A DNA stretch of 63,305 bases, taken from Actinomycetes bacterium (GTDB lineage: Bacteria > Actinomycetota > Actinomycetes > S36-B12 > UBA5976). The position numbers and the translations under genes are program-made. Position 1 is the stretch's first letter. Each line of letters begins with the position of its first letter. Below are positions 40,101-48,426 of this stretch, in pieces. The stretch covers positions 1-63,305 of the forward strand of contig JAKALQ010000003.1 of assembly GCA_021824095.1 (NCBI GenBank), given 5' to 3'. The notes beneath the pieces were generated by a model. That model worked only from the letters and a program-made list of their open reading frames with translations, did not search any database and had not been told where the DNA came from.

Positions 40101-40235
40101 TCAGGCATCGCGCATGCGCAGGTCGCAGGCGGCATCCCGGCCACAGCAACTGCGGATGTTGCGGCGCTCGCGCACGGCACCGATGGCGAGCGCCACCGGC
40201 ACGAGGGCCACGGCGATCGCGAGCACCTGCATCAT
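40101..40235 (-). CDS. Candidate 44-aa Cys-rich single-TM peptide (not in the ORF track)
   Basis: My translation is MMQVLAIAVALVPVALAIGAVRERRNIRSCCGRDAACDLRMRDA. About 39 of 44 codons end in G/C, and a TAGCGT -10 box lies 7 nt upstream of the ATG (leaderless geometry). Confidence 0.4.
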   Translation of the reverse strand: MMQVLAIAVALVPVALAIGAVRERRNIRSCCGRDAACDLRMRDA

Positions 40236-40242
40236 GGCCAAC

Positions 40243-40248
40243 ACGCTA
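40243..40248 (-). promoter_or_regulatory. -10 hexamer TAGCGT for a leaderless transcript of the small ORF
   Basis: It fits TANNNT and lies 7 nt from the ATG. The same GCTAGCGTG context occurs at two other leaderless-looking starts in the window. Confidence 0.4.
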
Positions 40249-40272
40249 GCAGGCAGCCCGGCACCGTTGAGA

Positions 40273-40349
40273 CGCCGCAGGTGCGGACCTGCCCTCCGTC
40301 ATCAACCCGCATTGCGAGCAATTCGGTGGGTGTACCGCCGCAGGTGCGG
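40273..40349 (+). promoter_or_regulatory. Two copies of CGCCGCAGGTGCGG (inner 5-2-5 palindrome CCGCA-GG-TGCGG) upstream of the mod regulator
   Basis: Identical 14-mers lie at 40273-40286 and 40336-40349, 63 bp apart. The second ends 15 nt before the ATG at 40365. Confidence 0.4.
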
Positions 40350-40364
40350 CGTATGCTCAATGCC

Positions 40365-40784
40365 ATGCCGCACTACCGACTCGGCCACGCCGCCGAACTC
40401 CTCGGCGTGAGCGACGACACCCTGCGTCGCTGGATCGATGCCGGACGCGTCGAGGCCATGCATGACGCCGCGGGACGACTCGTCATCGAGGGCGCACATC
40501 TGGCGCAGGTGGCGCAGTCGCTCGCCGAGCGCGAGGCGCACGAGACGGCCGGCGCCGTCGTGGCCCACTCGGTGCGCAACCGCTTCCAGGGGCTCGTCAC
40601 CCGGGTGGTCGCCGACACCGTCATGGCCCAGGTGGAGATCCAGGCCGGCCCGCATCGATTCGTGTCGCTGCTGAGCCGCGAGGCCGTCGACGAGCTCGGC
40701 CTGGTGCCGGGGGTGCTCGCGATCGCGGCGGTGAAGGCGACGAACGTGTCCGTCGAACTGCCCGCCCCGGGGAGGATCGGCTGA
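40365..40784 (+). CDS. MerR/excisionase-type HTH plus TOBE (Mop) domain regulator, ModE-like
   Basis: It shows YRLGHAAELLGVSDDTLRRWIDAG (HTH) and NRFQGLVTRVVADTVMAQVEIQAG...AAVKATNV (TOBE). Its stop overlaps the modA start (TGATG). Confidence 0.8.
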   Translation: MPHYRLGHAAELLGVSDDTLRRWIDAGRVEAMHDAAGRLVIEGAHLAQVAQSLAEREAHETAGAVVAHSVRNRFQGLVTRVVADTVMAQVEIQAGPHRFVSLLSREAVDELGLVPGVLAIAAVKATNVSVELPAPGRIG

Positions 40785-41692
40785 TGCGCGCCGGGATGCG
40801 ACGGGTCATCGCGGGAGCGCTCACTGCGCTCGTGTGCGTGACGCTCGCGGATGCGCCGAGCGCGGTCGCGTCGGCGTCCCCTGGGCGCGAGGGCGCGCGT
40901 CCCGGGACCGCCTGCTCGACCCGCGGCGCGCAGGCCACGGTTGCCGGACGGCACCTCACCTGCCTGCTGCGCGACGGGCGACGCGTCTGGGTGGCGACGG
41001 CAGCGCGCACCCAGACGCTGCGTGGCGACCTCACGGTGCTCGCCGCGGCCTCGCTCACGGAGTCGTTCCAGGCGATCGCCGCGGCCTTCGAGCGCCTGCA
41101 CCCAGCCGTGCGGGTGCACTTCAGTTTCGGCGCCAGTTCCGCGCTCGCCCTGCAGATCGACAACGGCGCGCCGGCCGACGTGTTCGCGTCGGCGAGCACC
41201 ACGAACATGCAGCAGGTGGTGGCCGCGGGGCAGGCCACCCGGCCCGTCACCTTCGCGCGCAACCGCCTCATCATCGTCACACCGCCGGACAATCCCGGGC
41301 ACATCACGCGCCTTGCCGATCTGGCCCGCACAGGGGTGAGCGTCGCGGTCTGCCAGGCCCAGGTGCCATGCGGTGTCGTCGCCACCCAGGTGCTGCGCAA
41401 GGCGCACCTCACCGTCACCCCTGCCACCGAGGAGGTGGACGTGAAGTCGGTGCTCTCGAAGGTGATGCTGGGTGAGGTGGACGCCGGTCTCGTGTACGTC
41501 ACCGATGCCCACGCGGCGGGTGCGTCGGTTGCCGCCATCACCATCCCCGCACGCGACAACGCCGACACCACCTACCCCATCGTGGCCCTGCGCGCGAGCC
41601 AGAACCCATTGGCAGCACAGGCGTTTGTGGCCTTCGTCCGCTCGGCCAAGGGGAAGGCGGCCCTGGCGTCCGTGGGCTTCACGGTGCTGTGA
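40784..41692 (+). CDS. modA: Molybdate ABC transporter substrate-binding protein with a ~45-aa N-terminal two-Cys extension
   Basis: It shows LTVLAAASLTESF, FSFGASSAL, PADVFASAS and GEVDAGLVYVTDA. Confidence 0.9.
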   Translation: MRAGMRRVIAGALTALVCVTLADAPSAVASASPGREGARPGTACSTRGAQATVAGRHLTCLLRDGRRVWVATAARTQTLRGDLTVLAAASLTESFQAIAAAFERLHPAVRVHFSFGASSALALQIDNGAPADVFASASTTNMQQVVAAGQATRPVTFARNRLIIVTPPDNPGHITRLADLARTGVSVAVCQAQVPCGVVATQVLRKAHLTVTPATEEVDVKSVLSKVMLGEVDAGLVYVTDAHAAGASVAAITIPARDNADTTYPIVALRASQNPLAAQAFVAFVRSAKGKAALASVGFTVL

Positions 41693-41695
41693 CCC

Positions 41696-42484
41696 ATGGC
41701 CCGACGTGACGGCGCCGGTGCGGCGATCGTGGCTCCGGCCATGGTGGGGGCCGCCTTCCTCGCGCTGCCCCTCGTGGCCGTGCTGTTGCGGGCGCCATGG
41801 CCGCAGCTCGGCACCTTGCTCGCCGATGCCGACCTGCGCACCACGCTCGTGTTGTCGCTCGCAACGTCGGTGGGCGCGGCGATCCTCAGCCTGGCCCTCG
41901 GCATGCCGTTGGCGGTGCTGCTCGCGCATGCCCGCGGCGGCTGGGTGCGGTGGGTGCGGATGCTCGCGACGATGCCGATCGTCCTGCCCCCGGTCGTCGC
42001 TGGAGTCGCAATGCTGCTTGCCTTCGGGCGCACGGGGATCGTCGGGCAGTGGCTGTGGCGCGGATTCGGCGTGCAGTTGCCGTTCTCGCCGGCTGCGGTC
42101 GTCATGGCCCAGACCTTCGTCGCCATGCCCTTCCTCATCCTCACGCTCGAGGGGGCGCTGCGCCTCGCCGACGTCGACCTTGCCGATGCGGCCGCCACTG
42201 CCGGGGCCACGCGCACGCAGACCCTGTGGCACGTCACGCTGCCGTCGATCGGGCCATCGGTGGCAGCGGCCATCGTGCTCGCCTGGGCGCGGGCCTTCGG
42301 TGAGTTCGGTGCCACCATCACGTTCGCCGGCAGCTTCCCGGGGCGCACGGAGACGCTGCCGATCGCCGTGTACCTCGCACTGCAGAGCAATCCGGATGCC
42401 GCGATCGCGTTGAGTCTCGTCATGGTCACGGTGTCGCTCGCTGTGCTCCTCGGGTTGCGCGGGCACTGGCTCGTGCGCGGCTGA
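41696..42484 (+). CDS. modB: Molybdate ABC transporter permease
   Basis: It has six TM segments and the EAA-loop region LEGALRLADVDLADAAATAGATRTQTLWHVTLP. Confidence 0.9.
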   Translation: MARRDGAGAAIVAPAMVGAAFLALPLVAVLLRAPWPQLGTLLADADLRTTLVLSLATSVGAAILSLALGMPLAVLLAHARGGWVRWVRMLATMPIVLPPVVAGVAMLLAFGRTGIVGQWLWRGFGVQLPFSPAAVVMAQTFVAMPFLILTLEGALRLADVDLADAAATAGATRTQTLWHVTLPSIGPSVAAAIVLAWARAFGEFGATITFAGSFPGRTETLPIAVYLALQSNPDAAIALSLVMVTVSLAVLLGLRGHWLVRG

Positions 42485-42512
42485 GTCGGCGGGTCTCCTA
42501 GGCTTCCGCCCC

Positions 42513-43010
42513 ATGAACATCCGTGAGATCGAGCAGATGCACCCGAACGGCCAGCGCGTGCGGGCGGCGCTCGATGCGGCGGGCGTGCCGGGCCGCATCG
42601 TCGAGACCCTGGAGCCCTCCCCCACGGCGGCCACGGCGGCCGCGCAGCTCGACATCGAGGTGGGGCAGGTGGCGAACTCGCTCGTGTTCGAGGCGGATGG
42701 CGAGCCGCTGCTCGTGCTCACGTCGGGGCAGCACAAGGCGGACACGCATCGGCTTGCCGACTTCATCGGGGCCGAGCGGGTGCACCGGCCCAACGCCGAC
42801 TTCGTCCGCGAGCACACGTCGCAGCCCATCGGCGGTGTGGCGCCCGTCGGGCACCCACGGCCGCTGCGCACGATCGTCGACACGCAGCTGGCGGCATGGC
42901 CGGTCGTGTGGGCAGCGGGCGGGCACCCCCACTACGTCTTCCCGACCTCGTTCGACGAGCTCCTCCGCATCACGAACGGCGAGCCCTTCGACGTCGGCGT
43001 CAAGCCCTGA
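42513..43010 (+). CDS. YbaK/EbsC-type aminoacyl-tRNA deacylase domain protein
   Basis: It shows VANSLVFEADGEPLLVLTSGQHKAD and IGGVAPVGH, characteristic of the YbaK/ProX editing fold. Confidence 0.75.
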   Translation: MNIREIEQMHPNGQRVRAALDAAGVPGRIVETLEPSPTAATAAAQLDIEVGQVANSLVFEADGEPLLVLTSGQHKADTHRLADFIGAERVHRPNADFVREHTSQPIGGVAPVGHPRPLRTIVDTQLAAWPVVWAAGGHPHYVFPTSFDELLRITNGEPFDVGVKP

Positions 43011-43029
43011 CATTCACCTGCCCTTGCAC

Positions 43030-43089
43030 GCTAGGACTCAAAGCTGGCTGAATTTTGTGGGGATTTGTCCGCCCGTTCTGAGTCCTAGC
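43030..43089 (-). repeat. Copy A of a 59-60 bp TIR element (MITE-like), inverted relative to copies B and C
   Basis: The sequence is GCTAGGACTCAAAG...GGATTTGTCCGCCCGTTCTGAGTCCTAGC. Its reverse complement aligns along its length with copy C. Confidence 0.85.
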
Positions 43090-43762
43090 GCGGAATGTCC
43101 CCCGCGATCACAAGGACGCTGCCCACGGGCGTGCGATCACCGACGATCACCTCGACGCCACGGGCCAGGCGCGACCCGGACGGCAGCACGATGGCCGTGC
43201 GCACGCGGACATTGCGCACCCCCAGATCGCGCAGGACCGCCGTGACCTCCGTCGCCGAATGCCAGTGCGCGCCTCGATAGGCACCGCTGCCCCCTGCACG
43301 GCCCTTCGCACGCCAGAGCAGGCCCCGGCGATGGAGGAGCCCGAGGACGATCGTCGATCGGGTCACCCGCACCATCTCCGCGATCGTGGACGGCCATTCG
43401 CGTACGAAGCACAGCGCCGTGATCGAAAGCGCGCGATCGAACGATGCATCGGCGAAGGGCAGCGCACGAGCATCACCCTCGCGGTACGTGGCCCAGCCAT
43501 CGACACTGCGAGCGAAGGCAAGCGCGGCCGCGTCGGAGTCCAGCCCGGTGACCCGCAGGGTCTGATCGGACGCCAGTCGCCGCGTGAACCACCCGGTGCC
43601 ACATCCGACGTCGAGGATGCGATCGCCAGCACGCGCCCCGAGCAGCCCCTGCACGACCTTCAATTCCCGATTGCCGATCCAGCGCCCGCGCGCGGTGTCG
43701 TACCAGGCGTCGTATGCAGCCGCGTCCACCACACCAGTGTGCCCCAACCCCTGGCACCGCAT
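43085..43762 (-). CDS. Class I SAM-dependent methyltransferase
   Basis: It has the motif I sequence ILDVGCGTGWF and a Methyltransf_11-like layout. Its stop codon lies in the CTAG at the edge of repeat copy A. Confidence 0.8.
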   Translation of the reverse strand: MRCQGLGHTGVVDAAAYDAWYDTARGRWIGNRELKVVQGLLGARAGDRILDVGCGTGWFTRRLASDQTLRVTGLDSDAAALAFARSVDGWATYREGDARALPFADASFDRALSITALCFVREWPSTIAEMVRVTRSTIVLGLLHRRGLLWRAKGRAGGSGAYRGAHWHSATEVTAVLRDLGVRNVRVRTAIVLPSGSRLARGVEVIVGDRTPVGSVLVIAGDIPR

Positions 43763-43786
43763 GTCGGTCGATTCGACGTCCGCCGA

Positions 43787-44911
43787 TCACGCGACGGGCA
43801 GCCCCAGCAGCGCCACGACGATCCCGAGGCCCGCGGCGCCAGCAAGCGTCACGACCACGCCGCGCCGCAACACGAACATGGCGACGGCGGCCACACCCAG
43901 GACGCCGAACTGCCAGCCATGCTCCAGGGCGCGGGCCAGCGGCAAGGCCGATCCCAGGATCGCGCCAATCGCTGCCGGGCCCGACCCGTCGAGGAATGCC
44001 CGTGCCCGCGGATCGTCACGGAGTCGGTCGAATTGCGGTGCACCGAGGAGGATGAAGCAGAACGACGGGCCGAACGCGACGACGGTGGCGAGGATCGCAC
44101 CAACGATCCCGGCCGCAGCGAATCCGACGGCTGCCACGGTGAGCACCACTGGGCCCGGCGTCACCTGGCCCAGGGCGACCACGCTGAGGAAGCGTGCAGG
44201 GGTGAGCCAGTGGTAGCGATCGACCGCGTCCGCGCGCATGAGCGGGATGATGACGAAGCCGCCGCCATACGACAGCGCGCCCACCTTGAGCGCCACCCAG
44301 GCAATCGCGCCGAGGGGCCCGACGCTGCCCACCATCGGCGGCACGAATACCAGCGCGCCACGGCCGCGGGGGCGCCAGGCACCCTGTGCGAGCAGTTCCA
44401 GCAGGCCCGCGCCGAGCAGCACGAGCACCACCCACGATCCGGCGGCTGCAGACGCGAGCGCACCGAGCACCAGGTAGCCAGACCAGCGCATGGCGTGACG
44501 GCGCCGGTGCCAGCTGGGCACGGCGAGCGTCCACCCTGCATGTGCGGCGAGTGCCGCAACGCCCGCGCCAGCGCCGGCGGCAGCGCCGGCGAGCAGCACA
44601 GGCACGTGCGCAGCAAGGAAGAGCGACGCAAGCAGGAGGATGAGCACGAAGCCAGGCAGGATGAAGCCCACACCACCCACGAGCGCCCCCACTGGTCCAG
44701 CGACCCGCCAGGCACAGAAGATGGCCAGCTGGGTGGACGCCGGCCCCGGCAGCATGTTGCAGGTGGCAATGGCGTGCTCGAACTCCGCATCGTCAATCCA
44801 CCGACGTTCGCGCACACAGCGGTTACGGAGGAGGCGGATGTGCGCGGGCGGGCCGCCGAGACCGAGGACCCCGATGCGCGTCCACTCACGCGCGACGACC
44901 GCGAGCGGCAC
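43787..44911 (-). CDS. chrA: Chromate transporter (CHR family, two-domain)
   Basis: It shows LGLGGPPAHIRLL, NMLPGPASTQLA, and a second half with LSYGGGFVIIPLM and QVTPGPV. The start is uncertain: the GTG at 44911 avoids the 46-nt overlap with the GNAT gene implied by ATG 45103. Confidence 0.75.
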   Translation of the reverse strand: MPLAVVAREWTRIGVLGLGGPPAHIRLLRNRCVRERRWIDDAEFEHAIATCNMLPGPASTQLAIFCAWRVAGPVGALVGGVGFILPGFVLILLLASLFLAAHVPVLLAGAAAGAGAGVAALAAHAGWTLAVPSWHRRRHAMRWSGYLVLGALASAAAGSWVVLVLLGAGLLELLAQGAWRPRGRGALVFVPPMVGSVGPLGAIAWVALKVGALSYGGGFVIIPLMRADAVDRYHWLTPARFLSVVALGQVTPGPVVLTVAAVGFAAAGIVGAILATVVAFGPSFCFILLGAPQFDRLRDDPRARAFLDGSGPAAIGAILGSALPLARALEHGWQFGVLGVAAVAMFVLRRGVVVTLAGAAGLGIVVALLGLPVA

Positions 44912-45057
44912 TCGGGTGACGTCAGACGCGATGCCGCACCTCCCGCACTGCCGCTGGACGCGCGACCACGCCCTGCATGCGCGGCACCCTACTGGCCCCG
45001 CGCCACCCGGCCCCGCGCCGCCTGGCCCAGGGCGGCCAGACTGAGGAAGCGTGAGGG

Positions 45058-45552
45058 CTACGAAGGCAACACCGGGTGGGCGTCGGAGGGGAGACGGCTC
45101 CATACCTGCAGGTCATGGATGCCGTCGGCTCGTCCTTGGGCTGCGCGCAGCACGCCCTCGAAGACGAACCCCGCCCGCGCGAGCGCACGCTGCTCGGGCA
45201 CGTTGGTGACGTCCGTCTGCGCCTCCACCCGCACCACACCCTGCGCGTGCAGGACGTCTGCAAGCAGTCGTTGCGCCACTGCGCCGATACCGCGTCCGCG
45301 GTGCGTCTCGAGCAGGCTGATGCCGATGTTCATCGCCCGCGAGCCTGCCGTGGGCCCGTAGTACACCGGATGCGCCGACATGTCGCCGACCGGCACGTCC
45401 TCGTCGCCGTCGCGCACCACGATAAGCCAGCGCATCAACTCCAGATCCTGTGCTCGCGGGTCGAAGTCGCCCCAATCCTCGTAGGGGCTGCGGGAAGCAG
45501 GCCGTGGGCGCGGGACACTGTCGTCGATGGCGATCAATCGAACGGGCTCCAT
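45058..45552 (-). CDS. GNAT-family N-acetyltransferase
   Basis: It shows HRGRGIGAVAQRLLADVL (acetyl-CoA binding motif A) and NVPEQRALARAGFVFEG. Confidence 0.8.
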   Translation of the reverse strand: MEPVRLIAIDDSVPRPRPASRSPYEDWGDFDPRAQDLELMRWLIVVRDGDEDVPVGDMSAHPVYYGPTAGSRAMNIGISLLETHRGRGIGAVAQRLLADVLHAQGVVRVEAQTDVTNVPEQRALARAGFVFEGVLRAAQGRADGIHDLQVWSRLPSDAHPVLPS

Positions 45553-45558
45553 GCCCTC

Positions 45559-45564
45559 ACGCTA
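45559..45564 (-). promoter_or_regulatory. -10 hexamer TAGCGT, 6 nt upstream of the GNAT ATG (leaderless geometry)
   Basis: The minus strand reads GCTAGCGTgagggcATG and no Shine-Dalgarno sequence is possible. Confidence 0.45.
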
Positions 45565-45606
45565 GCGACCGCCTCCGACAGCTTCTGGCGCGTCGCGCAA
45601 GGCGAC

Positions 45607-45666
45607 GCTAGGACGCAAAACGGGTGGACAAACCACCACGAAATTCAACCCATTCTGAGTCCTAGC
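45607..45666 (+). repeat. Copy B of the TIR element
   Basis: The sequence is GCTAGGACGCAAAACGGGTGGACAAACCACCACGAAATTCAACCCATTCTGAGTCCTAGC, mostly identical to copy C by eye. Confidence 0.85.
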
Positions 45667-45693
45667 CTGGAGGAGAGACGGGCGCGGGTGGGG

Positions 45694-46173
45694 TCAGAGA
45701 CCGAAGGCGGAGAGGTCCTCGTCCTCGAGGGATCCGGCGGCGCGGGAGAAGGCCTCCATGCCGTCCACCAGCTGCGCACGCTCCATCGGCGTCATGCGCG
45801 TGAGGATGACGCGGAGGTCGCGCTGCCGCTTGCGCGTGACGGCACGCACCAACTCGCGTCCCGCAGGTTCGAGCTCGATCAGGGTTTCTCTGCGGTTCGA
45901 GGGATTCTGCGCCCTGCGCACCAGGCCTCGCGCCACCATGCGGTCGGCCATGCGGACGAACGTCGACGGGTGCACCGATACCGCGAGCGCGAGGTCGCCG
46001 CTGCGCATGGGGCTGCCGGATTCCGCAAGCAGCACAAGGATTCTGAACTGCGGCACCGTGACGTGCTCGTGCAAGGGAGCAAGCGACCGCGCGATGACAC
46101 CGAGCATCGCCCGCGACCCAGGGATGACCGCCGCTGCAGCCTCAGCCGCTTCCTCGACCCGGTGCGTCGTCAC
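45694..46173 (-). CDS. MarR-family transcriptional regulator
   Basis: It has the winged-helix region VTVPQFRILVLLAESGSPMRSGDLALAVSVHPSTFVRMADRMVARGLV. The GTG at 46173 is preceded by GAGGAGG; the track start at 46188 is a TTG inside that RBS. Confidence 0.85.
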   Translation of the reverse strand: MTTHRVEEAAEAAAAVIPGSRAMLGVIARSLAPLHEHVTVPQFRILVLLAESGSPMRSGDLALAVSVHPSTFVRMADRMVARGLVRRAQNPSNRRETLIELEPAGRELVRAVTRKRQRDLRVILTRMTPMERAQLVDGMEAFSRAAGSLEDEDLSAFGL

Positions 46174-46229
46174 ACCACACCTCCTCAAACATGTGTCACA
46201 CTACAACAGTTGACTCCTAGCACAGGTGA

Positions 46230-47681
46230 ATGATGTCCAACCCGCTCCGCGCTGACCGCATTCGTCGGCTCTCGCTCGCAGGCCGCATGGTCGTGCCCGC
46301 CCGCCTCCGCCACCTGCCACGGTTGCACCGCTATGGCGGTGACACCCGCATCCTGCTGCTCGCCATCCCCATCGGCATCGTTGCCGGCCTCGGGGCACTG
46401 CTGTTCAAGGCGGGCATCGAGTGGGGGACGCACTTCTTCCTCACTGGCCTTGGCGGATACACCCCAGCGACGACGATCGGCGAGGGCGGCGGCAGCCCGG
46501 CATCCGCCTTCCTCCGCCCGTGGGCCATCCCCCTCGTGGTCGGACTCGGTGGCCTCATCGCAGGCTTCCTCGTCTTCACCTTCGCCCCGGAGGCCGAGGG
46601 CCACGGCACGGACGCCGCGATCAAGGCCATCCATGAGGATCCCACCCGCATCCGTGCCCGCGTCGTCTTCATCAAGCTCATCGCGTCTGCCGTCACCATC
46701 GGCTCCGGCGGCTCTGGCGGCCGTGAAGGGCCGACCGCGCAGATCAGCTCCGGCGCGGCCTCCATGCTCGCGCGACGACTGCACCTGAGCCTCGCCGACG
46801 CGCGCCTGCTCGTCACCGCCGGCATGGCCTCGGGCATCGCCTCCATCTTCCGCGCACCGCTCGGTGGTGCCCTGCTCGGCGTCGAGCTGCTCTACAGCGA
46901 CGATCTCGAGGCCGACGCCCTCATGCCGAGCCTCGTCGCCTCCGTCGTCGGCTACCTCGTCTACGGCACAGCCACGGGCTTCCAGCCCATCTTCGGCGCC
47001 CACACGACGGTGGGCTTCGGCAGCGCGGCGCAGTTCCCACTGTTCGCCATCCTCGGACTGGCCGCGGGCTATGTCGCGCGCATGTATGCATGGATGTTCT
47101 ACGCCACCGCGCGGCGCTTCGCGTCGATGCACCGCATCCCCGACTGGGTGCGCCCCGGCCTCGCCGGGCTCCTCGTGGGCGCCATCGGCCTCGCCATCCC
47201 CGGGGTGCTCGGCACGGGCTACGGCACGGTGTCGCAGATGTTCTCCGCGCAGTACGTGATGTCGCTGCCGATCCTCGTGCTGCTGCTCGTGCCGATCGCG
47301 AAGATCGTCGCCACGTCACTCTCCATCGGCTCCGGCGGCTCGGGCGGCGTGTTCGGCCCGGGCATGGTGATCGGCGCGACCCTGGGTGCGGCCGCCTGGC
47401 GGATCGCCGAGATGATCGAGACGCCGATGCATCTCGAGGGCACGCTCAGTTCGTCCCCCGACATCTTCGTGTTCGTCGGCATGGTCGCTGTCTTCGGTGC
47501 CATCAGCCACGCCCCCTTGGCGATGATGCTCATGGTGGCGGAGATGACGGGCGACCTCGGCGTCGTCGCGCCCGCCATGCTGGCCCTTGCCATCTCGGCG
47601 CTCGTTGTAGGACCCCGTTCGATCTACCGCAGCCAGCTGCCCACACGCTTCGACCGCATCGTCGACGACCCCGGCCTGTAG
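46230..47681 (+). CDS. ClC-family voltage-gated chloride channel / anion:proton antiporter
   Basis: It has the selectivity-filter-type motifs GSGGSGGREGP and GSGGSGGVFGP, and lies divergent from the MarR gene. Confidence 0.9.
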   Translation: MMSNPLRADRIRRLSLAGRMVVPARLRHLPRLHRYGGDTRILLLAIPIGIVAGLGALLFKAGIEWGTHFFLTGLGGYTPATTIGEGGGSPASAFLRPWAIPLVVGLGGLIAGFLVFTFAPEAEGHGTDAAIKAIHEDPTRIRARVVFIKLIASAVTIGSGGSGGREGPTAQISSGAASMLARRLHLSLADARLLVTAGMASGIASIFRAPLGGALLGVELLYSDDLEADALMPSLVASVVGYLVYGTATGFQPIFGAHTTVGFGSAAQFPLFAILGLAAGYVARMYAWMFYATARRFASMHRIPDWVRPGLAGLLVGAIGLAIPGVLGTGYGTVSQMFSAQYVMSLPILVLLLVPIAKIVATSLSIGSGGSGGVFGPGMVIGATLGAAAWRIAEMIETPMHLEGTLSSSPDIFVFVGMVAVFGAISHAPLAMMLMVAEMTGDLGVVAPAMLALAISALVVGPRSIYRSQLPTRFDRIVDDPGL

Positions 47682-47763
47682 CGCCAGCGCCGGGTGTGCC
47701 GGGTAGAGCACCCCGTCGTGGCACGACGGTCGCCACTCGGGCATGCTCCGTCCGGAGGTGGCC

Positions 47764-48381
47764 ATGATCGTGCGATTGCCTGCGTTCATCACGACGACCT
47801 GGCTGCTGGCCATGCTGCCTGGCGTGGGGCAGGCGCTGATGCTGCGACAGACGCTCACGCGCGGCGTGTCGGTGGCACTGCGCACGGTGCTCGGCACCTG
47901 CACCGGGCTCATGCTCTGGAGCACCGGCGCCGCCATCGGGCTGTCGGCCGTCCTCCTCGCGAACCCGGGGGCTCTCACCGTGGTGCGCGGCATCGGTGCC
48001 ATCGCACTCGTCGTGCTCGGCATCGGCACGCTCCGTCGCAGCCGTCGCCTCGGCGAGACCGTTGCGCTAGCCGCGAACGCACCGGCCCACGGACGGGCCT
48101 ACCTTGCGGGGCTGGCGACGAACCTCGGCAACCCGAAGGCCGGCGTCTTCGCCGTCTCACTCCTGCCGCAGTTCGTCCACCCCGGGCCGCATGTGACGCT
48201 CGCCACGATCGCCCTCGGCGCCATCTGGGCGACGACGACCGGACTGTGGTACCTCGTGTTCATCATCGCCGTGCACCGAGGACACGCGTTCATGCGCCGG
48301 CCACGGGTCGCGCACGCCATGGAGGTGTCGACCGGGGTCGTCCTGCTCGGTCTGGGGCTCGGCGTCGCCCTCGGCGGCTGA
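47764..48381 (+). CDS. LysE/RhtB-family amino-acid exporter
   Basis: It shows MLPGVGQALMLRQTL, NLGNPKAGVF and six TM segments. Confidence 0.85.
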   Translation: MIVRLPAFITTTWLLAMLPGVGQALMLRQTLTRGVSVALRTVLGTCTGLMLWSTGAAIGLSAVLLANPGALTVVRGIGAIALVVLGIGTLRRSRRLGETVALAANAPAHGRAYLAGLATNLGNPKAGVFAVSLLPQFVHPGPHVTLATIALGAIWATTTGLWYLVFIIAVHRGHAFMRRPRVAHAMEVSTGVVLLGLGLGVALGG

Positions 48382-48426
48382 GCCCGACGCCGCACACCCG
48401 TCCCCCATCGTCCCACTCCCCTCCAC

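Noticed and set aside
44912-45103. The N-terminal extension of the chrA ORF (GPGGAGPGGAGP, produced by a duplicated GGCCCCGCGCC).
   Set aside because: It would overlap the GNAT gene by 46 nt and is low-complexity. CHR-family homology begins near the GTG at 44911. I treat it as an intergenic short direct repeat.
46189-46229. An inverted repeat as a MarR operator in the MarR/ClC divergent spacer (GTCACACTACAACAGTTGAC).
   Set aside because: Only the outer 4 nt are self-complementary, so it is not a convincing palindrome.
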